A DNA stretch of 64,000 nucleotides, from the NCBI RefSeq assembly GCF_963921235.1, contig NC_086108.1:34660001-34724000 (forward strand), read 5' to 3'. Shown here piece by piece: positions 13,831-25,822 of the stretch. The position numbers and the translations under genes were made by a program. A model generated the notes under the pieces. The model saw only the letters and a list, made by a program, of their open reading frames with translations. It did no database searches and was not told where the DNA came from. Every line of letters starts with the position of its first letter. The stretch's first letter is position 1. The stretch is from Mobula hypostoma (lineage: Eukaryota).

Positions 13831-14442
13831 TCTGATCTGTAATCTACAGTTGGCCATCCCGCCTCTCTGCTACTCACTATGTTCCTGGCTGATCTTTTAT
13901 CATAAGGCACTTTCCTGTACTACCTCTTTATTCCCCTAATATTTAAAAATATATCAATCTGCTTTGAACATACTCAGGTGACTAAGTTTCTTAGGTGGAA
14001 ATTTCCCATTGATTTACTAATGAAAATTAAATCTTCTTATCTCACTCCATGATGATAACTTATTACTTTGAGTTGGTGATGCCTGGTTGTAAACATTAAG
14101 GGAAGCATCAGCTCTCTACGTGCGCTGTCAAGTCAAAGGACAATTTAAGTCTTTCAATGAGATCGCCTCTTTTCTAATAAACTAAAGAAATTATAGGCAA
14201 TGACAGTTACCTCTGCCATTCTAACTATGGTTCTGCTACTCAGTCATTGAATGACTGTGTCTCCATTAGTCAATCTACAAACGTTTGTATGTTGGAGTAA
14301 TGGAACTCATGGTCTCTACAACACTTTTCATATTTTATTACTACCGACTTTGTATTCTCTTATTGGTATTTCCAACAGGGTCTACTAGATAGAAATACAA
14401 AAGGTGCTGAGTCTTTCCTTTACGATTCAGTCAGTACAACTT

Positions 14443-14830
14443 CCACGGTGGTAGGGTGAAGATACTGTATATCTCTACCAAAGGAGGTGTAAGGCGCTCC
14501 TTCTCTCTGCTAGCCTGCAGGACACCCTTGGGCGAGGTGTATTACTGGCTTAGCCACACCCCGCTAACCCCAGATCAGGGTCATGTGAAGCCACGGGAGC
14601 AGGTGCAGCCGGAGCATATCACAAGTCCTGGTCATGCGACCGCTGATGCCAGGCAGACAACCTCTGAAGAGTATTGATGATGACTAGGGTTACCTGTCTT
14701 GTGAAGACACTGCCCAGAAGAAGGCAATGACAAACCTCTTCTGTTGAAACATTTGTCAAGAACAATCATGGTCGTAGAACGACTATGATCGCCCACATCG
14801 TAGACATGGCATATACAGAACGAACGAACA
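14443..14830 (+). mobile_element. RTE-related SINE/non-autonomous element
   Basis: BovB/Bov-A-like agaaggcaatgacaaacc motif and (gaac)n tail; homologous to the inverted copy at 1760-2120. Confidence 0.6.
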
Positions 14831-15175
14831 ACTGTAGTTACTATACTACTATTCTATACTATATACTGTACTATACTACTGCAATGAAAATCATGATAGA
14901 ACTGGGAAAATTTCTAATCTGGATCAATCAGCAATTTGCTGGGTAACTCCGTCACTCATAGAGTTTAATCACACAGAAGTGGGCCCTTCAACCCCCTTTA
15001 TGCCCACCTGCACTAATCTCATTTGCCTGCAATTGGGACCATACCCTTTCATGTCTTGTCCTTTTATCCTCAGGCACATATTGCTAGGGTGCCTAAGACT
15101 TTTGCACAGTATTGTATATTATGTCTTTCCAGTTACTGGAATACTACTGAGCTAATACAAAGCTAAGTACTCTTA

Positions 15176-15395
15176 TCAACACACACAAAATGCTGGAAGA
15201 ACTCAGCAGGCCAGGCTGCATCTATGGTAAAGAGTGCAGTTGTCGTTTCGGGCTGAAAACCTTCATCAGGAAGGGTCTTGGCCCGAAACATCAACTGAAC
15301 TCTTTTCCATAGATGCTGGCTGGCCTGCTAAGTTCCTCCAGCGTTTTGTGTGTGTTGCTTGGATTTCCAGCATCTGCAGGTTTTCTCTTGTTTGT
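15176..15395. repeat. Palindromic (head-to-head) Penelope-derived repeat with hammerhead core on the - strand (15242-15269)
   Basis: 15179-15265 is the reverse complement of 15271-15357; - strand reads CCTGATGA-AGGTTTTCAGCCC-GAAA-CGAC. Confidence 0.75.
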
Positions 15396-15451
15396 GATTT
15401 TAAGTAGTCTTATTTCTGTTTCCCAACCACCTTCCTACTTTAACCTATATA

Positions 15452-15521
15452 AAGTACTGTGCAAAAGCCTCAGGCACCCTAGCTATGTATTTTCTCGCCT
15501 AAGGCTTTTGCACAGTATTGC
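15452..15521. mobile_element. ~70-bp Tc1-type palindromic mini-MITE (half copy at 15078-15117)
   Basis: agtactgtgcaaaagcctcaggc ... gcctaaggcttttgcacagtattg. Confidence 0.7.
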
Positions 15522-15671
15522 ATTTGTGTCTGTCTAAATGCTTCTTAAATGTATCTGATTCCAACACCACGTCTGGCAGCAAGTTTCAGATTCAGAACAA
15601 CGAATAGTACAGTATTGGACAGGCCATTATTATGAGGTCAGATTTGAATGGCCTCTTAGTATGTGCTTGGT

Positions 15672-16200
15672 TCAAGTCAAGTTTATTCAAGTTCAACTTT
15701 CTTGCAGTTGCATCAAAACACAACGGACATTTGTGTACATAAATTTTACAAGACATTGATGGGAAAGACCATGAAAAATAAGACATTAGTGCAAGAACAT
15801 CATTAAAAGCAAGCCCATGCTGGTGCACAAGGTGGTCTGTAGTGTTCCATTGCTGAGGGGGGAATAGGATTGTGCAGGGAGGTGCGTAATCCTGATGGTT
15901 ATATGAATATGGCTGTTCTTGAACTTGCTGGTATGGGACCTCCTGTCTGATGGTAACAGTGTAAGAGAACATGACCTGAATAGTGGGGGTGCTTGATGAT
16001 TGATGCTGGCTTCTTGTGGCTCGGCTTCATGTGGCTGCTTTCAGTAGTAAGGAGGGTCCACTGCTCCACTACTCTCCACAACCTCTTGTGTTCTTGAGTG
16101 TTGGAACTGCCATACTACGCCATGATGCAAGCCATCAAGATGCCTTCTACACTGCATCTGTACAAGTTGGTTGGAGTATTTGGTGACATGCCGAATCTCC
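15672..16200 (-). mobile_element. Rex1/Babar-like LINE 3' fragment
   Basis: ORF 15899-16081 ASIIKHPHYSGH; (ttcaag)n-type tail near 15672. Confidence 0.7.
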
Positions 16201-16533
16201 CTAAGTCTCTGAAGTGGCTGTTGCTAAGCAAGTGATGGTCATATAGTGTGATATTGCCTTTCTCAGTCTAACAGTGGGGTAGATGTCTTCACCCAATGTC
16301 CCCAGAGGAGTCAGACCTGCCAAACTTGCACATGATTTATTACAAATTAATCTGCTTGTTATCCTTTGCAAAGAGAGGGAGGTGTGATAGGGTGGAGGGT
16401 AGACTTCACAGGTTTCTTTAAACCAAAGGAAAAGATGATAACTTTCTTCAAATCTTTTACTTTCTTCTTTTTGTCTAAGAATAGCATCAACTTGCAAATG
16501 TTTTACAGAACTCTTCCATCTTTTTTATTTCAG

Positions 16534-16626
16534 TATGAATTCAAGGCCAAGAACATTAAGAAGAAGAAGGTGAATATAATGGTGTCAGTGGATGGGGTCA
16601 AAGTTCTCCTCAGGAAGAAGAAGAAG
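16534..16626 (+). CDS. NOS1AP: NOS1AP/CAPON coding exon (PTB domain; [31 protein letters not shown]), 93 nt, phase 0-0
   Basis: Polypyrimidine tract + CAG acceptor (16531-33) and AAG|GTGGGT donor. The peptide matches the NOS1AP PTB segment I recall ([31 protein letters not shown]). Confidence 0.95.
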
Positions 16627-18254
16627 GTGGGTTGACCTTGGCCAGCATTTGAAATAGTGATTAACAACAAAGCCCACAGGCCTTCTCGGTGACCATTCAA
16701 TCGTCATCCACTAATGAAGGTTGATGATTTACAATTCCCTTGATTCGTTGTTTGCAGCCAGAAGCAATTTGTGTGGAATGTATTCATTTACAGCTGGTAT
16801 AGATTACTGTAGGACTTTGAGCCCAGTGCTTTTATAAACCTCTGATTTGGTCACTGATGGAGTATGTAAAGGTCTGTGCCCTGGGCCACGGTAGTAATTG
16901 AATGTGACTCATACTGAATGCCGTACTGTGTGAGATGGTGAGATTATTACTGATGGTCAGGTACAGCTATTAACATTTACAGGAGGTGCTCAGAAACAGG
17001 AGGCTTCAGGCAATCTGCAACAAGGCTGATTTTAAAAAAATCTCCATAAAATATTCTTCTACATTGGTGCAACAAGGTAAACAACAAACTGGGTGAATGG
17101 GCATTAAGAACAGTTGCAGTTTCCCAGCTTTGGAATTAGATTTAGATTATAACGCTCCTACACATGAGTGGCATTATATGCAAATTAACCTTTGCTGAAT
17201 TCACTTAAATTAATTCTCATAACAACAGTGCACAAATGTACAGTCTACTAATTATTGTGCAGAATGATCTTAAAGAGTAATCTTTCTGGGTAAAGGATGG
17301 GGATAGGAGCACAGGGATGTGTTTTTTGCCAGATGTCTGGGGACCATCTGATCAAAGAAGGGACCCAGTGCAAGCTTTTCAACATCTTCCTGAGGTGACC
17401 TTCCTATTACCTAATGATTCTCTTTACAATAATCTGAGAAAATCAAGCATGTCCCTTTCCCACTGCCAAAGAGAAGGCTGCTCATTTATGGCTGCAATCC
17501 AAACCTGCCATGTGCCCACGAGAGAGGATATGGATTTCATGGGACAGTGTTAAGCATGTCTGGTCCACATTTATCTGAATAAGCTATTGAAGGTAAGGGT
17601 TTGGAAATCCACCCTGTTTGTTTATCACTGACACTTAGACCTTTTAATGATTTGCTATGAGAATTTAGATTTCAAAAGGTACACTGTCAGTGTCATTGGA
17701 AATCCACACAACAGGTGCCATGCCAAATCTTGCAGTGAATGGGATTCCAGCATCTAACCAGAACTATTTGTGTCTAGTTTATATCATAATCCTCCTTAAC
17801 AGGAGTGATGTTTTGTGACTGGTGGGCACGTTGCTGATATTGCTTAGTCGTTATGAACAGTGCGGCTCCAATTGTTTTGAAGTGAATGGGTGCTGATTTA
17901 TTTTAGACTCGCAAAGCTGTGGCAGTGTAATAGTTTCTGCACAAGGACTGCAGGCCTGTTGCTTTCTGCGTAAGGAGCAGTGATGGGTGCTCAGTAATAA
18001 ATTAAGGTCTGTAATTATTTGTCATCCTGGTGCCTTTCAGAATTACTCATTACACGAGCAGCCACAGGCACAAGAGCCAGGAGCTACTACAGGGAGTACA
18101 ATGGCAGTACTGATTAAATCCAGTTTCTTGGCTAATCATATCTGCTTTCATTCTCACCTCATTGGTATGAATTTACAGTATGTAGAAGCAGAACATTAAT
18201 GTCCTGAGTATGCACCTTTCCTTGCTGGAACAAATGGTCAACTTCAAACTTTCT

Positions 18255-18622
18255 ATATAGAACAGTGGGAGCCCTTCAGCCCACAATGTTGTTCCGACCT
18301 TTTAGCATACTCCATTATCTATCTACCCCCTTCCCTCTACATAGCCCATAACCCTCCATTTTTCTTTCATCCATGTGCCTATCTAATAGTCTGTCAAATG
18401 TCCCTAATGTATTAGGCTCTACCACCAATCCTGGCAGTGTGCATGCAGGCACTTACCACTCTCTGTGTAAGAAAAAACGTACTACCTCTGACACTTTCCC
18501 TAAACTTTTCTCCACTCATTGAAAATAATGTACTCTAGTACTAGCCATTGCCACCCCAGGGAAAAAGATGCTGGCTGTCCACTCTATCTGTGTCTTTATA
18601 ATCTTCTACCTCTCTGTCAAAT
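18255..18622 (-). mobile_element. CR1 3' fragment, interrupted at ~18622 and resuming at ~20246
   Basis: ggcccttcagcccacaatgttgt 3'-end motif; accactctctgtgtaa; host resumes as tcctctcatcctcctt after the insert. Confidence 0.7.
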
Positions 18623-20245
18623 CGCTCTGGCAAGATGGTGGCACGAGTGGTCGCAACGGCTTCTACGGGGTCAACAAAAGGTGCTACCGTTATACGAGGG
18701 GTGATTGATAAGTTCGTAGCCTGAGGTAGAAGGAGTCAACTTTAGAAAACCTAGCACATTTATTTTTCAGCATAGTCCCCTCCTACATTTACACACTTAG
18801 TCCAGCATGGAGCATGGCCTAAGGTAGAAGGAGATGAGTTATTAACTTCAAACTTTCTGCATAATCACTCAAAGAGTTGAACTGCACATGCATGTAACGA
18901 GAGCTGTATAACTCATCCCCTTCTAAATTAGGCCACTGACTTATCAATCACCCCTGCTGTGGACCACTTTCTGGAGGTCCAAGACGCTGACTTCTTCAAA
19001 GAAGGGATCCGTATACTCCACAACCGCTGGACTAGGTGTGTAAATGTAGGAGGGGACTATGTGGAAAAGTAAATGTGCTAGGATTTCTAAAATTGACTCC
19101 CTCTACCTTAGGCCATAAACTTATCAATCACCCCTTGTATTTAGACGTGTATGTAATGGTGGCAAGATCGTGTTATACAGTAAGAACTCAAAGGACTGCA
19201 GGTCTACACCATCAACGTGTTGCTCGCTGGTGGAGATAATGAAAGAGCTGTGCAACATGCTACTGCCTGAGTTGAGTCGATGGAGACTTGCAGTCAAATA
19301 GCAAGTGGCCGCCATGGCTGCTTTTCTTGTGATCGTAAGACCCCTTTGGACATTGTTAACCTGGTACGCCAAAGTTGGATTTGCTAATTTATTGGATGCG
19401 AGCAGGAGCGGATGGAGGGGGCCTATTTCCTGGTCGTAGCAACGACTAGGCCTGAAGTCACAGTGCCGCCATTTGCAGCTGCCCGAAGTGAGGGGACGAA
19501 GCCATTGCATTTCACCGGGTCACTGGTGTGGCTCGATGTCCAGAACAGAGTCAGAGATGCCCCCTCCCCCACAGAGTTTCGTTTGGCAGAAGGCGAGCTC
19601 TGTTGTGGCAGACTGCAGATTTTTAGCAGCACTCAATGGACTCAGGCCTCAAGATGTGGGGACTCTGGCTTTTCAGCTACTGGAGGAGAGGCGGCCGAGC
19701 CATTGCGCTCTACCGGGAGCAGTGTAGCGCAGTTGTGGTGACAGCAGATTTCAAATGGATTGAGGGGTCTGGGCTATATACATATATATTTGTCTGGTTG
19801 TGTTCATACTAATATTCTATATGTGCGATGACTGGGCCTCAACGCCTTGGTGTCGCCTAGCAGATGTTGGGGCAAAGACTGGGACTCAAAGCCATGGTGT
19901 CACCTAGTGGGCGTCGGGAGCCAGTCAACCGATGATATTGGTGGGCTGTGGAGAGGGTCTTGACTATATATACAGTATACACACATATTCTGCATCATAT
20001 TTTATGCTGCTATTCTATACTGGTTTGTTGACTTGCTTTCATCAAGCCATGGCATTGCGGGGGGAATGGGGAGGGTGGGGGCAAGGTAGGCATCGGGACT
20101 CTTATTACGTGATTGTAATCTTGTATGTGCTTACTGTGTGTGACTGTAGGTAATGTATCTTTGCACCTTGACCCTGTAGTAACGCTGTCTCGTTTGGTTG
20201 TATTCATGTACGGTTAAATGACAATTAAACTTGAATTGAATTGAA
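18623..20245 (+). mobile_element. ~1.6-kb GC-richer retroelement-like insert (contains the mariner MITE)
   Basis: Starts ctctggcaagatggtggc, ends attaaacttgaattgaattgaa, and splits a CR1 fragment. Confidence 0.5.
18695..19137 (+). mobile_element. Mariner-derived MITE with long TIRs and TA TSD
   Basis: TA-cgaggggtgattgataagtt ... aacttatcaatcaccccttg-TA; internal transposase C-terminus FFKEGIRILHNRWTRCVNVGGDYVEK*. Confidence 0.88.
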
Positions 20246-20274
20246 ATGTCCTCTCATCCTCCTTCATTCTAAAG

Positions 20275-20357
20275 CAGGGGTTCGCAACCTTTTTTATGCC
20301 AAGGACCTTTACCATTAACTGAGGTGTCTTTGGACCCCAAATAGTGAAACCCTACTG
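20275..20357. mobile_element. Small hAT/Charlie-like MITE
   Basis: caggggttcgcaacctttttt left end, degenerate gaaaccctactg right end. Confidence 0.45.
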
Positions 20358-20714
20358 AAAGCGGAAGCCTCAGCTTTTGAACTCTGTTCTGCAAATTCTG
20401 TTGTTTCACTCTGATGCCACCCAGCACAGCCATTACATCCTTTCAGGAAATGCTTTAATCACCTCAGTATGCTCAGTTACCTTCATGGAGGTGATAACTC
20501 AATTTACTCTGATTGGATTCATACTTCCCCTCGCCTACTAATATCTAAATGCAACATGTTATATGAAAAATAAGGAATACAAAAAAACTATAAGACATGC
20601 ACAATTCCTTGTGCAGTTCACATATTTTTTTTTAAAAAATCTCACTTTCAACAGGTGTTTTTATTTCTGTGGAAATGAATAATTGCTATCGCGTGCAGCA
20701 ATAACCCTTGCACA

Positions 20715-21020
20715 GTGGAGCAGCTAGTTCCAGCCAACCAGTGTCTGTCCTGATGTAGGTAGGGTGTGATCTGAAAGGAGTTTGTGTGTTCTCCCTGTGA
20801 CCTTGTGGGTTTCCTCCGGGTACTCTGGCTTCCTTCCACATCTCAGAGACCTGTGAGTTGGTATGTTATTTGGGCCACTTGAATGGTAGAATCTGGGGAG
20901 AGTTAGCAGCGATGTTGAGAGAATCAAATGTGATGAAGGTAAATGGGTGTCTGATCATCCTCACAGACTCAGTGGGTCGAAGAGCCTGTGTCCATGATAT
21001 GTATATCTCTTATGATTCCA
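20715..21020 (+). mobile_element. V-SINE (HE1-like)
   Basis: ggagtttgtgtgttctccctgtgaccttgtgggtttcctccgggtactctggcttccttccacatc; CR1-like tail gggtcgaagagcctgt. Confidence 0.75.
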
Positions 21021-21109
21021 TTAACAATGTTTGACTGAAGCAATATCTAGCTATTTATTATGATTTATAATTTATAATGAAGTAAAGCCATATTCCTTGT
21101 AAAAGAAGT

Positions 21110-21144
21110 GTATGTGCGCGCACGTGTGTGTGTGTGTGTGTGTG
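21110..21144. repeat. (TG)n microsatellite
   Basis: gtgcgcgcacgtgtgtgtgtgtgtgtgtgtg. Confidence 0.9.
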
Positions 21145-21399
21145 CTTCTATATGTTTACCTGGAGCTCCAAGGGGATAAGATTCTCATAGTCAGGTGCAG
21201 AGAGTTAGTTGCTGGTGGACTTGCTGACATATCCATCATTTAGTTTTTTTTTAACCCTTTTCCCAGCAGAGGAGTGTACAGTTCCCATAGAGCCTGACAA
21301 GTGGAGCTGATGCAGAGAGTAGTTTGTCAGCGCTGTCTCAGTATGTGATGCTGTTCCACACACTAGCGCCACTGAACTGGCCTGAGTGGTTTATTGTTA

Positions 21400-24300
21400 G
21401 CACATAGTACAGTACAGTATAGGAGAAGGCCCTTCAGTCCACCACGTTGTGCCAAAATAATTAACTAGTGTTTCAACATTGAACTAAACTAGTCTCTTCT
21501 GCCTACACGCTGTCCATAGCCTTCCATTCTCTGCACATTCATGTGCTTATCTGCGAGCTTTTTAAATGCCTTGGTCATATCTGCCTGCAGTATCACCCCG
21601 GCAGAGCTGGGGTAAACACCCACCACTCTGTGTGATTTTAAAAAAACATATCCATTCATCTCTTTCAAACTTAGCCCTCTCACCATAAATGCATACCCTC
21701 TAGTTTTAGACATTTTGATACGAGAAACAGGATAGTGACTGTCTCCTCCTCCAGTGCCTCTCACAATCTTATAAACTTCCTTCAGAAAAAACAATTTTCT
21801 CCAACTTCTCCTTATAGCACATGGCCTTTTATTGCTCTGGCAAGCCTCTTCTGAATGCCCTCCAAAGCCTCCTCACCCTTCCAATAATTGGGGTGAGCAG
21901 AAATGAATACAATACTCCAGAAGTTGCCTTACCAGAGTGTCATAAAGCTACAACATATAGTAACTTCCTGATTCATGATGCCTTGACTAATAAAGGCAGA
22001 AGGATGTCATCTGCGGTTGTTTGTTGAAGAAGTAATATTTGCTATAGACAAAACTTGACCAGTTGATGTATATATGTATATTTTCAGAAGACATTTAATA
22101 AAGTACTGTTTCAAATTTTGTTTCAGAGAGTAATGAAGGTGATTCTCTGGATGTTGCCTGGATTGGAGAGCATGCCTTATGAGAATAGGTTGAGTGAACT
22201 TGGCCTTTTCTCCTTGGAGCGACAGAGGATGAGATGTTACCTGATAGAGGTGTATAAGATGATGGGAGGCATTGATCATGTGGATAGCCAGAGGCTTTTT
22301 CCCAGGGCTGAAATGACTACTATGAGGGGCATAGTTTTAAGGTGCTTGGAAGTAGGTACAAGGGGGATGTCAGAGGTAAGTTTTTCACACAGAGAGTGGT
22401 GGGTGTGTGGCATGCATTGCCAGTGACAGTGGTAGAGGTGAATACAATCGGGTCACTTAAGCAACTCTCAGACAGGTACTTGGGGCTTAGTAAAATAGAG
22501 GGCTATGTGGTAGGGTAATTCTAGGCAGTTTCTAGAATAAGTTATGTGGTCAGCACAACATTGTGGGCCGAAGGGCCTGTAATGTGCTGTAGATCTCTAT
22601 ATTTCGATGTAATATATTGGTGTGGATAGAAGTTTGGCATAAATTAATATTTTCTAGTTAGCAATCACTAACAAGCAGTGATCTTCAGGAATTGGCGCTG
22701 GGCCTCAACTATTTCTAATTTGTATGAATAATTTAGATTATGGTGCCAGTGGTATGGTTGCTTAAATCTTGCTGATGATGCAAAGAAAGATGGTAACGTG
22801 ATTTGTGAGGAGACCAGTAGAAGGTGAGAAGGGATACTGATCCGTTAACTGAGCAGGCAATGATTCAGCAAAGAGATCGTTACGTAGAAAGTATGAAATT
22901 GACCATTTTAATGATGATGAATAATAAAGAAGCTTATTATATTGAGATGTGAGAGCTTTAATCTGCAGAGGGATCTGGGTCACCGTGCACAATTTGCAAA
23001 TGCTTGGTATGTAGAGATAGCAAATAATTAAGAGGTTTTCCTCTGGAGCAGTCCTGATGAATAATTTCGGCCCAAAGTGTCGACTAAATTTCCCTCTATA
23101 GGTGTTGCCTGACTTGCTGAGTTTCTCCAACATTTTGTGTGTGTTACTCAAAAGTTTAAAGGTGTGCTGGGCAAGTTTTTATTTTACACAGAGAGTGGTG
23201 GGTGCCTGAAATGAGTTGGAGGCAGATACAACAGAGGCATTTAAGAGGCTCTTAGGCATATGAATATGCAGAGACCGGAGGGGTCTTGCCTTGTGCAGGC
23301 AGGAAGGATTAGATTTATTAGGTGTCATCAGTTTAACAACATCATGAGCCAAAAGTCCTGGTCCTATGCTGTACTGTTCTATGTTTTGTGTTAAATAATT
23401 AGAGAAATTTAAAAGATATATATTATTTATTACTGGGAGAATTGAATACAACAGTCATGAAATTGGAGGGAGAAGCAGAGCCAGACCTTGTAAAAGTGGT
23501 AAATTCTCTCTCTTGAAGATGAATTAGTGAACTAGGCAGATTTTATGGCAATATAGCAGTTTTATGGATATACCTGTTCATTCCATATGTAGCTTCTTGC
23601 TCTGATTTAAATCCTCAACTGTTATGACATGGTTTCAAATGCAGAGTGGTATGCAGATTTTGCAGGTAATTAAGAATGCAAGATAGCTATTAGCAGGCAG
23701 CAGAGGACTGTGACGAATGGTTGTTTTTTAGACCAGAGGAAGGTGAATAGTGGCAATCCCCTGGGGTTGGTGTTTGGATCATTTTTCTCTGTCTATACTA
23801 ATGACCTACAAACGTTTGTACATTTGGGGTGCAAGCCACAATTGGATGAAACAAAATTTGGCAGTGCTTTGAACTGCGATGCTGGTGATAAACTCCAACA
23901 GGGTATAAACAGGCTGATGCAATAGGAAGGTGAGTTGCAGATGAGGATTAATCCAGAGAAATGTGAGGTGATGCTTTCTGATAGGAAGAATAAAGAGAAG
24001 CAATATTGAACAAAGGGTACAGTTCTGAAAGGGGCGCAGGAATGGAAGGAGCCAGGAAAATGGGTGCACAAGTTTGTGGAAGTTCAGGTCATTTTGAGAA
24101 AATGGTTAGTTATGTTTTATGGGTTGACGTATACAGTATATAAAGCAAGGAAGTCATATTGAACTTTTATAAAGCCCTGGTCCAAATTCTGCTGAAGCAT
24201 TTTTGGTCATCACAAATAGAAAGGATGTGGGGGCACTGGAGAGGACCCAGAGACAATTCACCGGAGTGATTCCTGGGATGAGGGGCTGCAGTGACTGAGA

Positions 24301-24620
24301 TAGGTTGAACATGCTGAAATTGATTTCCTCAGGGAAAGCGGAGGGAAGACATAATAGGAGTTTATCAATGATAAAGGGGTTGCACAGAGTGGATGGTGGG
24401 AGACTGTTCCCATGGTGAGACGAGGCCGAGAACTAGAGGTCATAAGTGTGAAATAAAAGAGAAGAGTAAGTCCACGTGATATGAGGAAAAACATTATTGT
24501 GCAGTGAGTGTGTGTTTGGAATACCTTCATTGCTTGCAGGTTTCATTGAGTCCCTTAAGAAGCAAATGGATAAATATATGGTGAGGATAAACACAGAGAA
24601 GGGTCCAAGAGTGGAACCAG
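21400..24620. mobile_element. Cluster of degenerate CR1 fragments (21400-21990 minus; 22125-22610, 22610-23390 and 23660-24620 plus)
   Basis: ORF 22118 RLSELGLFSLERQRMR..LIEVYKMM; ORF 21489; ETKFG/INPEKC remnants; CR1 3' tails at ~22600 and ~23380. Confidence 0.75.
23048..23150 (+). repeat. Penelope-derived solo repeat, degenerate hammerhead core
   Basis: agtc-CTGATGA...ggccc-aaag-tgtc-gact; stem I pairing agtc/gact is retained. Confidence 0.6.
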
Positions 24621-25295
24621 TAAATTGCCACGGTTGCTGAATAACCTGCTATGCTGTGCCTGCTTTAAAATGAAAAGAGCAGGTTTTTGGAGACTCATTG
24701 AGCAACTGTAACCACTGTGCTCCAAGATAGAGAGAGGGATCTGGGTATATCAGTGCACTAGTCGTGGAAGAGTAGTAGCAGGCACTACACGTAGTTGGCA
24801 AAGCTGACAGACTATTGCAGTTGCATGCTGGGCTAACTGAATGCAAAGGTAGAGAGGTAATGCTTCAGCTACATTAGTGAGATCATCAGTGAGTGTTAAT
24901 TAACTGGATTTTCAGAAGGCCTTTGACAAGGTGTTGCTGCTAAACAGGATGGAAATAGGAGAGATACTAGCATGGACAGAAGATTGGCATACTGGCAGGA
25001 GGCAAAGAGTGGGAATAAAGGGAGCCTTTTCCAGTTGGCTGCTAGTGACCAGTGCTGTTTTGCGGGGGCGGGTGTTAGGTCCACTGTTTTTCATGTTGCA
25101 TGCTAATGATGCAGATGACAGAATTGATGGCTTCGTGGTCAGTGATACAAAGATAGGTGGAGGGGCAGGTAGTGTCTGCAGGGGACTTGGGCAGATTAGG
25201 GGAATGGGCAAAAAAAAGTGGCAGATAGAGTACAATGTAAGGAAGTGTATGGTCGTGCACTTTGGTAGAAGGAATAAAGGCATAGACTGTTTTCT

Positions 25296-25587
25296 GGACC
25301 TCCAAGAGGACCACAACACTTTTGAAGGGGCTTGGAGACTTGCGTGCCTCAATAACCCAGAGAGTTATATTGGCTGGAGTCGGGGCCTTGTGCTTTGACT
25401 CTTGGTAGTGTCACTCTTGCCAAAGAGGTCAAAGGGTAGATGTCAGACTGAGAGAAGTCCACCAGGTTCGGGGGTTCAGTTCAGGGCTAACAACCGTGAC
25501 TGATATTCCTGAGTCTTTGCCAAGGACAGACAGAGATGGAGGACCTTCATTGCTGCCCTAAACGCCAGTGACATAACAGGAAGTAAC
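25296..25587 (+). mobile_element. Short non-autonomous RTE-derived element (5'UTR-like part fused to RTE C-terminus/3' end)
   Basis: 3' part reads LAKDRQRWRTFIAALNAS, an RTE-type C-terminus; imperfect TSD agactgttttct / aaactattttct. Confidence 0.6.
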
Positions 25588-25822
25588 AAACTATTTTCTA
25601 AACGGGGAGAGAATTCAAAAATCAGATGTGCAATGCGACTTAATGCAGGATTCCCTAATGGTTAACTTGAAGGATGTGTTAGTGGTAAGGAAGACTAATG
25701 CAATTTTAGCATTCATTTTGAGAGGACTAGAATATAAAAGCAAAGATGTAATGCTGAGGCTTTAAAATGCATCGGTCAGACCACACTTGGAGTATTGTGA
25801 GCAGTTTGGGCTCCAAATCCAA

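Noticed and set aside
16366..16635. 89-aa ORF as a stand-alone gene
   Set aside because: Only 16534-16626 is coding; the rest is intron read-through. The upstream TACAG at 16504-16508 would add 25 nt and shift the frame.
19124..19741. Overlapping 70-130 aa ORFs in the GC-richer insert
   Set aside because: No recognisable domain or splice structure; expected by chance in GC-richer repeat sequence.
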